Assembly (NCBI RefSeq): GCF_006345805.1
Contig: NC_043001.1
Coordinates: forward strand, 82,646,001 to 82,710,000
Length of the DNA stretch: 64,000 bases
Reading direction: 5' to 3'
Origin: Octopus sinensis
Taxonomy: Eukaryota
Position numbers and translations under genes: made by a program. This document shows, one piece after another, positions 43,679-56,243 of this stretch (positions are counted from its first letter, which is position 1; each line of letters starts with the position of its first letter). The notes below the pieces were generated by a model. The model searched no databases and had not been told where the DNA came from. It saw only the letters and a program-made list of their open reading frames with translations.

Positions 43679-44110
43679 ATTCATGAATGATGTCGTCTCT
43701 ACATGTATATAGGAAATATGTATGCGGATGTATGTGTGTATGTGTGTATGTGTGCATATATATATATATATACATATATATAATAAATTAATAAAACATA
43801 TGCATATATACGTACATATATGTACGTACCTACCTCTACATGTATATATACATGCATATATGGGTACAGGACACCAAAAAAAAACGTCGAACACAATGAG
43901 AAACGAAAACATAAACACAAAACCAGGAAATGGACATTTTTTTAAACAACGAAAAAATAGAGTACAGGACATACAAAACAAGGAAAAATCCCCTTCTTCA
44001 GTCGCCTTAAATTCATCTACTCCACGTTTCGATGACCTTCGAACGTGGAGTAGATGAAATTATATGACGGAACGCATGCATCCATTTCTAAGTAAGATTG
44101 TTCTTAATAT

Positions 44111-44152
<42 letters not shown>

Positions 44153-44439
44153 AAAAAATGAAAATGAAAAGGAGAGAAACATACCTAAATCAATCATCAA
44201 CCATCAGATAATACCCAATCAATACTTTATTAAACCATTACACAACAGCAATGACATTATACATAATATATTACACATATAACTAGACATAGAAATAGAA
44301 ATAGAAAATACAATTACATTGTAATATATATATATATAATATATATATTTCCTGAGCGCCATACTAATACAATTGTTTGTTTGTTTCCCACCTGCCTTTG
44401 TCTTTTGTCTATTTTCATAAAGCTTCCCGTTATATATAT

Positions 44440-44700
44440 AGGATTGGCTGTGTGGTAAGAAGCTTGCTTACCAACCACATGATTCCAGGTTCACACGTTT
44501 GTGTGTCTGTGTTTGTCCCTCCAGCATCGCTTGACAACCGATGCTGGTGTGTTTACTTCTCCGTAACTTAGCGGTTCGGCAAACGAGACCGATAGAATAA
44601 GTACTAGGCTTACAAAGAATAAGTCCTGGGGTCGATATGCTCGACTAAAGGCGGTGCTCTAGCATGGCCACAGTCAAATGACTGAAAAAGTAAAAGAGTA
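44440..44700 (+). mobile_element. SINE family A with internal deletion
   Basis: Head joined directly to gtttgtgtgtctgtgtttgtccc and the 3' half. Confidence 0.88.
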
Positions 44701-44732
44701 TACATACACACACACACACACACACACACATA

Positions 44733-44765
<33 letters not shown>

Positions 44766-44770
44766 CCAGG

Positions 44771-44857
<87 letters not shown>

Positions 44858-44858
<1 letters not shown>

Positions 44859-45661
44859 TGTTTCTTTATTAGCCACACAGGGCTGCACACAGATAGAACA
44901 AATTACAAGGTAGAGCTTTTCTTTTGAAGGTTTAAAAAAAAAAAAAGGAAGGGGGAGTTTCGATCAAAAGGGATCGTAAAAGGAGAGAAAGAGGACAAAA
45001 AAAAGGGGGGTTAAAAAAAAAGGGGGGAGAGGAAAAAAAATTGATCAATAGGGATCGTTATCACAGAAATGTCAATATGAAGTGTAAAGGGGAGGACAGG
45101 TGAGGTTTACCCGTGGAAAGAAAAGCCTACGGAAAAGACCACGGTAACCTCGGTCAATGGAGTCACATGTTATATTTCTTTTTTTTTTTGCGAATAAGCA
45201 ACTCTCTGTTTTCAATTTCTGGGTTCATAGGATCATGCTCAAGGTGGCTTCGTCATTCATACGTGCCATTCTTGCTACATTCACCCATCTTTTTTTAATA
45301 CATTCGCTAGACAAAACTTGCCTCTCTACTCTCACTTTCCTTTTCAAGTGGTACTTGAAGAAGTTGATGAGAGATTGACCAGAGAGGAAAGTGTTTGTCT
45401 CCAATCCTCTCAGACGCGCCCACCAGATACATTCTTTCGCCATAGCCACAAGGATGATGAAAATAGCTCTTCCTTCCCGTTTGAAGGAGAGAGGCGTGAC
45501 AATATTGACGATAGACTCAGCTGATAAACCGACTCGTCCCACACGTGACAGCAGTTGTTCGACATAAGCCCACAGGTCGGAAATTGTTGGACACTGCACG
45601 AGTGCGTGCAGAACGGTTTCGTCGCTCTGACCGCATCTCGGGCAGGTCGGCCCCGTGTTTC
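44858..45661 (-). mobile_element. 5'-truncated Tx1/L1-like LINE (ORF2 C-terminus with zinc knuckle plus 3' UTR) embedded in (GATA)n
   Basis: CPRCGQSDETVLHALVQC, AKECIWWAR, KKRW; 3' end aataaagaaacata followed by (TCTA)n. Confidence 0.85.
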
Positions 45662-45813
45662 TCGAATTTGTCTCACTCAGTGAGCATATGATAGACACGA
45701 TGCATGATACGGATGTTCCCTGCAACATTATCTAATCCGTAATAGCAAAAGGATATCAGCGTAACGATCACACGGCAACATTCTTCATATGAATCGTACG
45801 AGAGGTACCACAT

Positions 45814-45814
<1 letters not shown>
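45662..45814 (-). repeat. Inverted copy of 46596-46747
   Basis: 153 bp versus 152 bp with 3 substitutions and 1 indel by eye; both ORF-track peptides start MLQGTSVSCIVSIICSLSETNS. Confidence 0.95.
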
Positions 45815-45893
<79 letters not shown>

Positions 45894-45894
45894 T

Positions 45895-46114
45895 TCTTTT
45901 ATTTTTATATTTGTTTCAGTCATTTGACTGCGGCACCACCTTGAAATGCTTTAGTTGAACTAATCGACTCCGGGGCTTATTTTTTTTAACGCCTAAGTAC
46001 TTATTCTGTCGGTTTTCTTTTGCCGACCCCTAGGTTACGGGGGACGCAAACACCAGTTGTCAAGCGGTACTGGGGGTATAGACACTGATACAAAGACACA
46101 CACACAGATATATA

Positions 46115-46176
<62 letters not shown>

Positions 46177-46330
46177 GATGGGCTTCTTTCCGTTCCGTCT
46201 ACCAAATCTACACGAAAGGCTTTGGCCGGCCCGAGGTTATTGTAGAAGACACTTGCCCAAGATGCCAAGCACTGGGATTAAACCTGAAACCATATGGTGA
46301 AGAAGCAAACTTCTTACCACACAGCTACGC
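45895..46330 (-). mobile_element. SINE family A
   Basis: gtttcagtcatttgactgcggc...gaagacacttgcccaag...cttaccacacagc. Confidence 0.9.
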
Positions 46331-46399
46331 CTTTTATCTTTATTAAATTTAGGTGTGTTCCCTGATACAGTAACTTTTGGCCGTCTAAATAGACCGAAA

Positions 46400-47390
46400 A
46401 GACGCTTCAAGCACTTTTCTATGTTTTCCTTTTTGCGTGAGGTGCAAAAATGACTCAATGCTGCAAATTGTTTCAGCATTGAGCAGATCACAACCTGGTA
46501 GACCATACCTGCGGCCGCCTTTGATTATTTTAAAAGTATGGATGAATTGCCGACATCCTCGTTTCACTGTAAGGACAAGCATCCCCAATGCATTCCATGT
46601 AGTACCTATCGTAAGATTCATATGAAGAATGTTGCCGTGTGATCGTTACGCTGATATCCTTTGCTATTACGGATTAGATAATGTTGCAGGGAACATCCGT
46701 ATCATGCATCGTGTCTATCATATGCTCACTGAGTGAGACAAATTCGAACAAAGGGTTCTTTTTCCGATGCGAGACCGATAAGAGTCATGATTCCATCCTG
46801 ACGACTTATCGTGTGATCGTTCCTGGCGCTTTTGCAAACATTTGCATAATGTCAAAACGATACTGATTTGTTTCATCGATACGAAAGGAATTGTCCACAC
46901 AGTATTTGTTCTTTCTGTTCAAACTGTTAACCAGACAGTTCTGAAGCGTTTGCGAGACCCAGCGAGACGAAAACACCTCGACCAGTAGCAAAGCGGAGAT
47001 TCGTGGTTTCATCACGACCATGCAACTTCGCACACCGCTTTCAGTGCGAGACAGTTTTAAACCCAAAATCGCTTACCTACCCCCCTCTTCCCGCCCCTAT
47101 TCATCCGATCTTGCTCACTGCAACACTTTTTTGTTCTTTCGAATGGAAAAACTCCTTAAAGAAAAACGTTTTGTAGATGTAGAAGAGGTGAAGAAAACCA
47201 AAAAAACCACGGAGGCGTTAAAAGGCATGATTTGCAAGAGTTCTAGGACTGCTTCGAACAGTGGAAAACGAGCCTAGTACGATGCATTGCTTCGAGTGGA
47301 GAATACTTTAAAGGTGGCAAAAGTGTAAACATGTAAAACTAAGTGAATAAAATAATATTGCAAAATTACGGTTTCTTTTGGGTACGCCCT

Positions 47391-47394
<4 letters not shown>
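46400..47394 (+). mobile_element. mariner remnant of a different family
   Basis: NVKTILICFIDTKGIVH, HHD.AT.HT, PYSSDLAHCNTFLF; 3' TIR ggtttcttttgggtacgccctcg. Confidence 0.85.
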
Positions 47395-47422
<28 letters not shown>

Positions 47423-47489
47423 CGCATAGCACATGTATGCTGCAAACATGCATACATATACATACACATGTATCTACCTAACTATTTAT

Positions 47490-47890
47490 GCCCTCTATCT
47501 TTCTCTCTTTCTCTCATTTTTCTCTCTCTCTCTCGCTCCTCTCTCTCTCTCGTCGTTCCTCTCTTCTCTCGCTCCTCTCTCGCTCTCTGTCTCTCTCTCT
47601 CGCTCTCCGTCTCTCGCTCTCTCTCTCTCTCGCTCTCTCTCTCTCCTCTCTCTCTCTCTCGCTCTCTCGCTCTCTCTCTCTCTCCTCTCTCTCGTCTCGA
47701 TATATATATATATATATATACAATACACACAACAATATATATATAATATATATATATAACATACATACATACAATACATACATACATACTACATACATAC
47801 ATACATACATACATACATACATACCTACGTACATACATACATAGATACATACGTACATGCATACATACATGCATACATACATGCATACAT
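47490..47890. repeat. (CT/CTCG)n followed by (TA)n/(TACA)n tracts
   Basis: Direct reading. Confidence 0.95.
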
Positions 47891-48562
47891 ACAATGTACA
47901 TGTGTGTATGCGTGGGAGAGTATGTAGTTATGTGTTATGAGATCTACATAAAATCACTACCATTTGTAAATTCGATACAAATTCAAGAGCAAAAATATAT
48001 GATACCACTGATTTTTTGGCACCGAAATTGAACCAAATATGTTTAAAATGGTCGTTCACGAATGCCCTGCAAATGAATAAACACTCAAAGAAATATAAAT
48101 TCGTGCCAATTGTGGTATTTTCTTTCCAATGTGAAAGTTCACGAACGATCAACTAAACAGTGTGTGTTAAGCAGTGTATTCTATAAGAACATAAGACATA
48201 CTGGCACCAGAAATCTCAATAGTCCAAGACTTCGGGTTCACACTCTTTATAATTGAAGTCGACATTTCTCACCTCTTGTTCTTCCTTTAAATATTCCATG
48301 ATTCCTTAAGACCTTTCAATCATATTTATAAAGCATTCATTACACTTAGCAACCCTGTACAAACGCACCGACGTACATAATTATAAATATCTATGTCAAT
48401 TAATTTTTTTGTGCATGTGTATGTTGTGTCTATATTGTAAATATATATCTATATATATATATAATATATATATATATATATTATATTATATATATATACC
48501 ACATTATTTATATATACACACAGACACACATATATACAAAGACACACACACATACACACACT

Positions 48563-48606
<44 letters not shown>

Positions 48607-49331
48607 CAGGATATGTTAACCTCGTGAAGGGATAGTTGCATCCAAGGAAATAATGGTTCAATATCTAGTATTGTTGGTGAATGAAAATGCATTAAAATAA
48701 TAGGTATATATTAGGCATATAGTTTATATCCAGTTAAAAAAAGAGAAGACAATGAAGATAAGGTAGTTAACAATTATTTATTATTAACAAATTGCGTCTG
48801 ATGAAATGAATTGATAGGTCCACATATAATATCTCAAGGTACATCTTTTTTTTTTCTCTGATGAAATTATGTTCATGTCACATAAATTCAAATTTAATGT
48901 ACAAATTTGTAATTAAATTATTGAGTATTAATTGAAACGGCTATAAGAAGCGAAGATAATTTGTTGAGGCACCTAGCCAGTCAGGTATTATCCGCACAGC
49001 TCGAAGTAAGGTGAATAAAAAGCAAATAAGTAACAAAGATGTCAAGGTATTGGTGCATTACGGCCGTTTCAGATTATTTCTATTGGTTTTAATTCTTAGT
49101 AGACGCAGTATACTAACTGCATTATATCTTTTGATGGTGATAAGGGGATAGATAAAAATTGTAGCTAAATTGCCATCTCATGATCCCCACTCCAAATTAT
49201 AGTTGGGGTACTTTTCTTTTTCTAAGTTTATTCTGCTACAATAGTAGCAGCATGGAATTCTTTCATTCTCTAGTTCTGATGAAATATTTGCTAAAAATTA
49301 TAATGGAGTATCTTGTCTGTTGAAAGGCTAT

Positions 49332-49431
49332 NNNNNNNNNNNNNNNNNNNNNNNNNNNNNNNNNNNNNNNNNNNNNNNNNNNNNNNNNNNNNNNNNNNNN
49401 NNNNNNNNNNNNNNNNNNNNNNNNNNNNNNN
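49332..49431. other. Assembly gap (100 N)
   Basis: Direct reading. Confidence 1.
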
Positions 49432-50264
49432 CACACACACACACATACACACACTCACACACAAACTTGTTAAGGCCAGTAGCGATAGGGAAAGATGCGT
49501 CGGGGACAGTAGATGTTACACGCAAACACACACGCACATATACACTCACACACTCACACACATACACTCTCACACATACACTCACACACCCACACACATA
49601 CACACACTCACACACTCTCGCACGCATACACACACATACACAAACCCACATACGCACGCCACACACTCACACACACTCTATCACTTATACACTTACACAC
49701 TCACACACACATACACTCACACACTCACATACTCACTCTCTCTCTCTCACACACACATACATACACAAAAGAAAAAATGGGATTATAAATCGAGGCGAAT
49801 ACTTTGTAAGCCCCCGTAGTGATCAAACTGGTTAAGTCCAGTGGCGACAGGGAAAGAAGAAACTTCGGGCACGAGTAGAAGACATTATAATTATAGGGAG
49901 CTTTGACCCTGCACACTGGCTGCCATAGGGGAATGGTCGTTTTCCACAGTGCTACGCACTGCATCGATGTTTTGTTGAAACTGCACTCGTCGAAGTGATG
50001 AGAGAATCAATCAGATATACCATGCTTTGAAGCAAAAGAAACCGAATAGTCAAAATGATTAAAGTTCGAATGAATGCCCTTGAGCAAGTTTTTGCTTGAT
50101 CAGGGATGATCTGGACCCAAAAAATAACGGCAGCAACAACATCAATAGCAATCAGCCACAAGGACTTGAAGTAGCGCCGTTGGCGTAAGATGGACTGACA
50201 ATCGTTATCTGTCGAAATATATATTTTTCGCTTTCAGTATACTGAGTTTATGTGATTGTGGTAA

Positions 50265-50295
50265 TACATACATACATACATACATACATACATGC

Positions 50296-50327
<32 letters not shown>

Positions 50328-50733
50328 CACACACACAAACACACCACACACACACATATATATATGTGTGTGTGTATATATGTATATATATATATATAAT
50401 ATATTATATATATAGATATGTATATGAATACAAGCAGACGTATTTATATATAGATATGCATATATAAATACATACATAGATGCACACATATATGCACACG
50501 TGCATACAAAAGCACTTGTCTAAATAAATATATACATGCACATATGCATTCACACACACACACACATATATATATACATGCATATATATACATTCATTCA
50601 TATATACATACATGCATATATATGTACCTACATACACATACACATGCATACGTACTCATATACGCACATTCATACATTTATGTATACACACATACACCTA
50701 TTCATACATATACATATGCACATACATATACAT

Positions 50734-50764
<31 letters not shown>

Positions 50765-51547
50765 CATACACGTACATAAACACACACATGCATATAAACA
50801 CTTTCATACAAACACACGTATATATGCCGACCCACATACAAAGACACCGACAAATAGATAGATAGATAGAAAGATAGATAGATAAATAGATAGATAGATA
50901 CATACACACATACATACATACGTATAAACACAAACATACATACACAAACATATATAGACACACAGAGATACAAGCATACATACACAAATTCATTGCCATA
51001 TAAAATCTTATGCAGTCCCGTATAATTTTATTTGGTTCTTTACATTTAGTAAACTATATTTACCGAAACTACATTTTCCATAACTCTATTTTTCCTCTAA
51101 AATGTATTAAAAAAAAAACATTTTGATCAAATATTTTTTTTTATTAAAATTAAATATCTACTCATGTGTTAGATCCGATCATTACTGATAAAGGTTTAGC
51201 TTAAAGCTAGGGAATATATGAGTTTTATATACATATGAAACTAATAGCTTCCTTTCCTTTTTAACATACATACGTACATACAGATATGTAGTTAGGTAGG
51301 TGAATGGATAGACAGAAAGATGAATTGATTGATAGATAGATTGATAGATAGATTGATAGATAGATTGATTGTTTTGATAGATAGCCAAATAGTTAGATAA
51401 ACAAAGAAACAGTTAGGTATATAAGTAGGTAGATAGATAGATTGATATAAGTAGGTAGGTAGATTGAGTGATATAAGTAGGTAGGTAGATGGATAGAGTG
51501 ATATAGATCGGTAGATAGATGATAGATAGATAGATAGATAGATAGAC

Positions 51548-51589
<42 letters not shown>

Positions 51590-51962
51590 CTATACAGTTA
51601 GATGAACAGAAAAACAAATAGGTTGTCAGGCGAATAGATAGATAGATAAATAAATAGATAGATAGATAAATAGATAGATAGATTGATAGATAGATAAATA
51701 AATAGATAGATAGATAAATAGATAGATAGATTGATAGATAGGTAAAAATTGATACATAAAAATATAGACGAACAAATTGATTGAGTGGAAGATAAACAGA
51801 TAGTCAAACATAGGTAAATGATAGATAAACAGATATAGAGGTAGACAGACAGTCAAATAGATAAATAGATTGATAGATCGATAGATAATAGATAAATAGA
51901 TAGACTGACAGATAGAGAGATAGTCAGATAGACTGATAAACTGTTAGACACAACAGCCAGCC

Positions 51963-52047
<85 letters not shown>

Positions 52048-52060
52048 TGTTAAGTAGATA
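50265..52060. repeat. Degenerate (CA/TA/TACA)n at 50265-50990 and (GATA)n mosaic at 51280-52060
   Basis: Direct reading. Confidence 0.9.
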
Positions 52061-52259
52061 CACAGGTAGGTAGGTAGATCGGTTGGAATGTATTCCATAT
52101 TTTAGAATCAGTAGTAAATTAAACGAATATCAAGAAACAATAGCATGAACAACAACACGGTCAACCTCAACATATAAAAATGTCGGTTACTGGTGGAGAT
52201 ACTCTACTTATCTTTATGTGTGCTAAACTTCATAAATCTCGCCATACAAATACGATGTT

Positions 52260-53500
52260 TTATACATATCTGTCACCACGTTCACCACTCTCACCCATTT
52301 CTCCACTCATAAGCTACCTCATTCATCAAGCATACCACTCATCAGTCACCATATTCATCCAGTGATCAACTCATCTGTCACTACAGTTCACATTTCTCTG
52401 CATTCCCCCATCTCCCCACATATAAGTCCCCTCATTCATCCATCATTTCACTCATCTGTCACCACATTCAGTCTTCACTACACTCATCAATCACTTAGTG
52501 CATCCACCACACTACTCATTTATCATCACAATCACTTATCTCTCCACTCATCTGTTACCACATTCACTATATCATCCATTACACTGCTCATCAGTCAGCA
52601 CATTCAGCCATCACTCCAGTCATCAGTCACCTCATTCATCTATTAATCCATTCATCAGTCACCATATTCGTTCTTCACACCACTGACCCCGTTACACCAC
52701 TCATCTGTAACTACATTCACAACATTCTCCCATCATTCCTCTCATCTATCACCACATTCAGCCATCATTCAACACAACAGTCACCTCATTCATCCATCAC
52801 ACTTCCCACTCAACTCATCTGTTCCCACATGCACAACATCATACATTACTCCACTCATCAGTCACCACATTCATTCATTACACCACTCATTCCATAACCA
52901 CTTGTCATCAGATTCTCTGTCATAACATTTACAATATTCATCCATCACAAGGCGACGCGCTGGCAGAAACGTTAGCACGCCGGGCGAAATGCTTAGCGGT
53001 ATTTCGTCTGCCGCTACGTCCTGAGTTCAAATTCCGCCGAGGTCGACTTTACCTTTCATCCTTTCGGGGTCGATTAAATAAGTACCAGTTACGCACTGGG
53101 GTCGATATACTCGACTTAATCCGTTTGTCTGTCCTCATTTGTCCTCTCTGTGTTTAGCTCCTTGTGGGCAGTAAAGAAATAGGTATTTCATCTGCCGCTA
53201 CGTTCTGAGTTCAAATCTCGCCGAGGTCGACTTTACCTTTCATCCTTTCGGGGTCAAATTAAGTATCAATTGTGTACTTGGGTCGATCTAATCGACTGGT
53301 CCTCCCCCCCGAAAATTTCGGGCCTTGTACCTATAGTAGAAAGGATTATTATTTCCATCACTCCACTCAGCTCTCACTATATTCACAACACTCTTTCGTC
53401 TCTCCGCTCATCTGTCATCACATTCATTCACCCCTTCACTCATCTGTCGCCACATTTTCCACATTAATCTATCACAACACTCATCTGCCAACATGCAGCC
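52260..53500 (+). repeat. Degenerate minisatellite with core cactcatctgtcaccacattca, interrupted by a SINE
   Basis: Core recurs 10 or more times at ~30-150-bp spacing. Confidence 0.8.
52949..53353 (+). mobile_element. SINE family B dimer (tail 1 + tail 2) with an 8-bp TSD
   Basis: TSD tccatcac at 52941-52948 and 53354-53361. Confidence 0.92.
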
Positions 53501-53920
53501 CCAACCCCGACATATATTTGTATTTTTTTTTTTACCACAATCACACAGCGAATTCGAAGAGCTATTAAAGCGTCGGACAAAATGTTCGTTTAGAGTTCAA
53601 ATCCCATTGGACTGTTTGCGTCACCTGCTTTAGTACCCCAGTTTGTTATTGGTGCTTTTAGCGGAGTCAAAACTGTTACATGTAAGCAGAACAGGTTTCT
53701 GGTTCAGGAATATCTTCTGTCCTCTTGTCTCGGAGTCATAAGGATTGCTTTTATCATTGACTCAGTAATAAGCATTTGCTGTTTGACCGCCATTAGATGC
53801 AATTACCACTACACTCAAGCATCATCACATTCATCTTTTATCACACTGGTGGATCATCATACTCTTCTCACCCTCATCCCCACGCTCATTTATCATCGTA
53901 TGTAAACATTGCCCACCCCA

Positions 53921-54515
53921 TAGGTTCGTCATAGCTGCATTTTAGGCCCCCGATCGAACCAATACACTGGATCCCCGTAGTGTTTATTTATTTGCAGTAG
54001 GTCACACCATAGATAGATCAGAATTGAACCCCCACACCCTACAGGTTCCCGGTCAAATCAGTGCATTGGTTCCTATAGTATTTCCTTATTGACAGCAAGC
54101 CAAAGTATACTTAGATCAGAATTAGGCTCCCAGACCCGTGAGATCCTTGGACAAATCTAAGCACTGGCTCCTATAGTATTTATTTATTGACCGTAAGCTG
54201 CAACATACATAGCTCAGAACAGGGCCCCTAGATTTGTGGGCCCTAGGGCAAATCAATGTACTGAGGTCTGTAGTATTTATTGACAGCAAACCACAACTGA
54301 CATAGATCAGGAACAGGTCCCCAGATCCGTGATGGCTCCGGAAAATCAATGCATCGGCCCCTGTAGTATTTATTGCCAGCAAGCTACTACATAGATCAGA
54401 TCTGGGCCCCTAGACTCGTGGGCCCCAGGGTGAATCAATGCACTGGGACCTGTAGTATTTATTGACAGCAAGCTATAACATACATAGATCAGAACTGGGC
54501 CCCTAGACTCCTTGG
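53921..54515 (+). repeat. Tandem array of about six diverged 89-99-bp units inside a MITE-like element
   Basis: tagatcaga anchors at ~54014, 54112, 54210, 54303, 54392 and 54485; the 5' end matches 7016-7045 at 24 of 30 positions. Confidence 0.85.
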
Positions 54516-54800
54516 GCAAGTGTCTTCTTCTATAGCCTTGGACAACCAAAGCCTTGTGAGTGGATTTGGTAGACGGAAACTGAAAGAAGCCCGACGTATA
54601 TATATATATAAATATATACATACACCATCGCTTGAACCGAATTTGATGTTTACATCCCCGTGACTTAACGGATCGACAAAACAGACCGATAGAATAAGCA
54701 CCTGGATAACAAAGAATAAGTCCTGAGGTCGGTGTTTTTGACTAAAAGACGGTGGTCCAGCATGGCCGCAGTCAAATGACTGAAACAAATAGAAGAATTA
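54510..54800 (+). mobile_element. SINE family A, 5'-truncated and fused to the array
   Basis: ccttgggcaagtgtcttct onward to cagtcaaatgactgaaacaa. Confidence 0.88.
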
Positions 54801-55072
54801 AAAAATAGCCCTTAGGTAAGTATGTCCTGGGTATATCTTTAAACTGTATCCGGTAGTGAGGCTTTAGTTTAGAAGTTCCAGTGTTTTGAGAAGTCTTGGA
54901 CCACCTCTTAGCACTGTTGTTCCCAGGTGTTCTCTGTCTTGCAGTAGTAACACCGGCCAGGGTGTCAGCGATGGGTTAACTAGCATATGATCGACGAGAC
55001 GCGTGTGTATATATACACCATATATGTATGTATATATATATATAATATATATTATATATATATATATATATA

Positions 55073-55109
<37 letters not shown>

Positions 55110-55694
55110 TTACATGCATGCACACACGTACACACACACACATGCACACACACATACACACGTACACACATATGCACAAAAGAAAAAGGATTAAAGATCT
55201 GGGCGAATAATTTGTTAGCATTCAGTAGTGGTCAAACTTGGCTAATCAAATTAATCAGCTAAGGCTATTATAATCCACGTATCTCGTACATTTATATTCC
55301 GCTGCTTGTCCAGTTTGCAAATTCAAAGTACATACGCCGAAGGTCACAGAGCATAGTAAAAAGAAAAACCTCAAAGATGGAGAATTATACATTTTTAACC
55401 AGCTTATGCACGTTTTGGAAACATTTGTATTACATAATTCTGCAATGTTTGATCGATCGACTAAGTTTTTTTTACACAGTTTTTTTTTTACACAGGAGAA
55501 ATTTAAGACTAACATCTTATCAAAGCTATGGGTAGCAGCCTATATTTAGAAGTAACACTGATTAAATTAAATCTCTTTGAGAACCAAATAATATATCTAA
55601 TGAACAACTTTAGCTATATAACCCTACTTTATATATTTTAAGGGATCAATATTAATATATCCTAGGCAGGTTTGCTGGTACATGTACCAATTTC

Positions 55695-55918
55695 ATTACC
55701 CACAAGGGGATAAACACAGAGAGGACAAACAAGGACAGACAAACAGATTAATTCGATTATATCGACCCCAGTGCGTAAATGGTACTTATTTAATCAACCC
55801 CGAAAGGATGAAAGGCAAAGTCGGCCTCGGCGGAATTTGAACTCAGAACGTAACGGTAGACGAAATACGGCTACGCATTTCGCTCGGCGTGCTAACGTGT
55901 CTGCCAGCTGGCCGCCTT
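55695..55918 (-). mobile_element. SINE family B monomer with tail 1
   Basis: cccacaaggggataaacacagagaggacaaac...ctgccagctggccgcctt. Confidence 0.92.
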
Positions 55919-56243
55919 TGCTGTTACATGTACCTATCATTCGTACTGATCAAATATTAAGTTTATTAACAATCTCACCTAAGCTGATCACCGTCCCAAG
56001 AAGCATGGTGAAACTTTCTATGGATATGTTAGTGCTAAATTTATCAATCTGTAAAATCTTAATATCTATCGATTAATTTGCATCATTATTGCATCGCAGA
56101 ATTATGTAATATCAAGGTATCCGAAGCAAGTGTAAGCTGATTAAAAGTGTATAATTCTCCATTATTTTGTCTCTCTCTCAATACATACATACATACATAC
56201 ATACATACATACATACATACATACATGCATACATACATACATA

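Noticed and set aside
43985-44010. Minus-strand CTGAAGA near the 44.0-kb hairpin
   Set aside because: No downstream GAAA or stem III; the GAAA lies upstream with no compatible pairing.
45225-45728. 167-aa ORF as a genuine gene
   Set aside because: It is a chimera of an inverted mariner segment and a LINE ORF2 C-terminus (see findings).
48798-49282. CTGATGA at 48798, 48858 and 49276 as hammerheads
   Set aside because: Only 48858 has a plausible stem II, and it is followed by CAAA rather than GAAA with no stem I; expected by chance in AT-rich DNA.
52260-54515. CRISPR-like reading of the two repeat-spacer-like arrays
   Set aside because: Eukaryotic context, no cas genes, repeats are degenerate, and spacers are related to each other and of unequal length.
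55255-55515. CPVCKFKVH-containing frame as a zinc finger
   Set aside because: Single CxxC with no second ligand pair, start codon or splice support.
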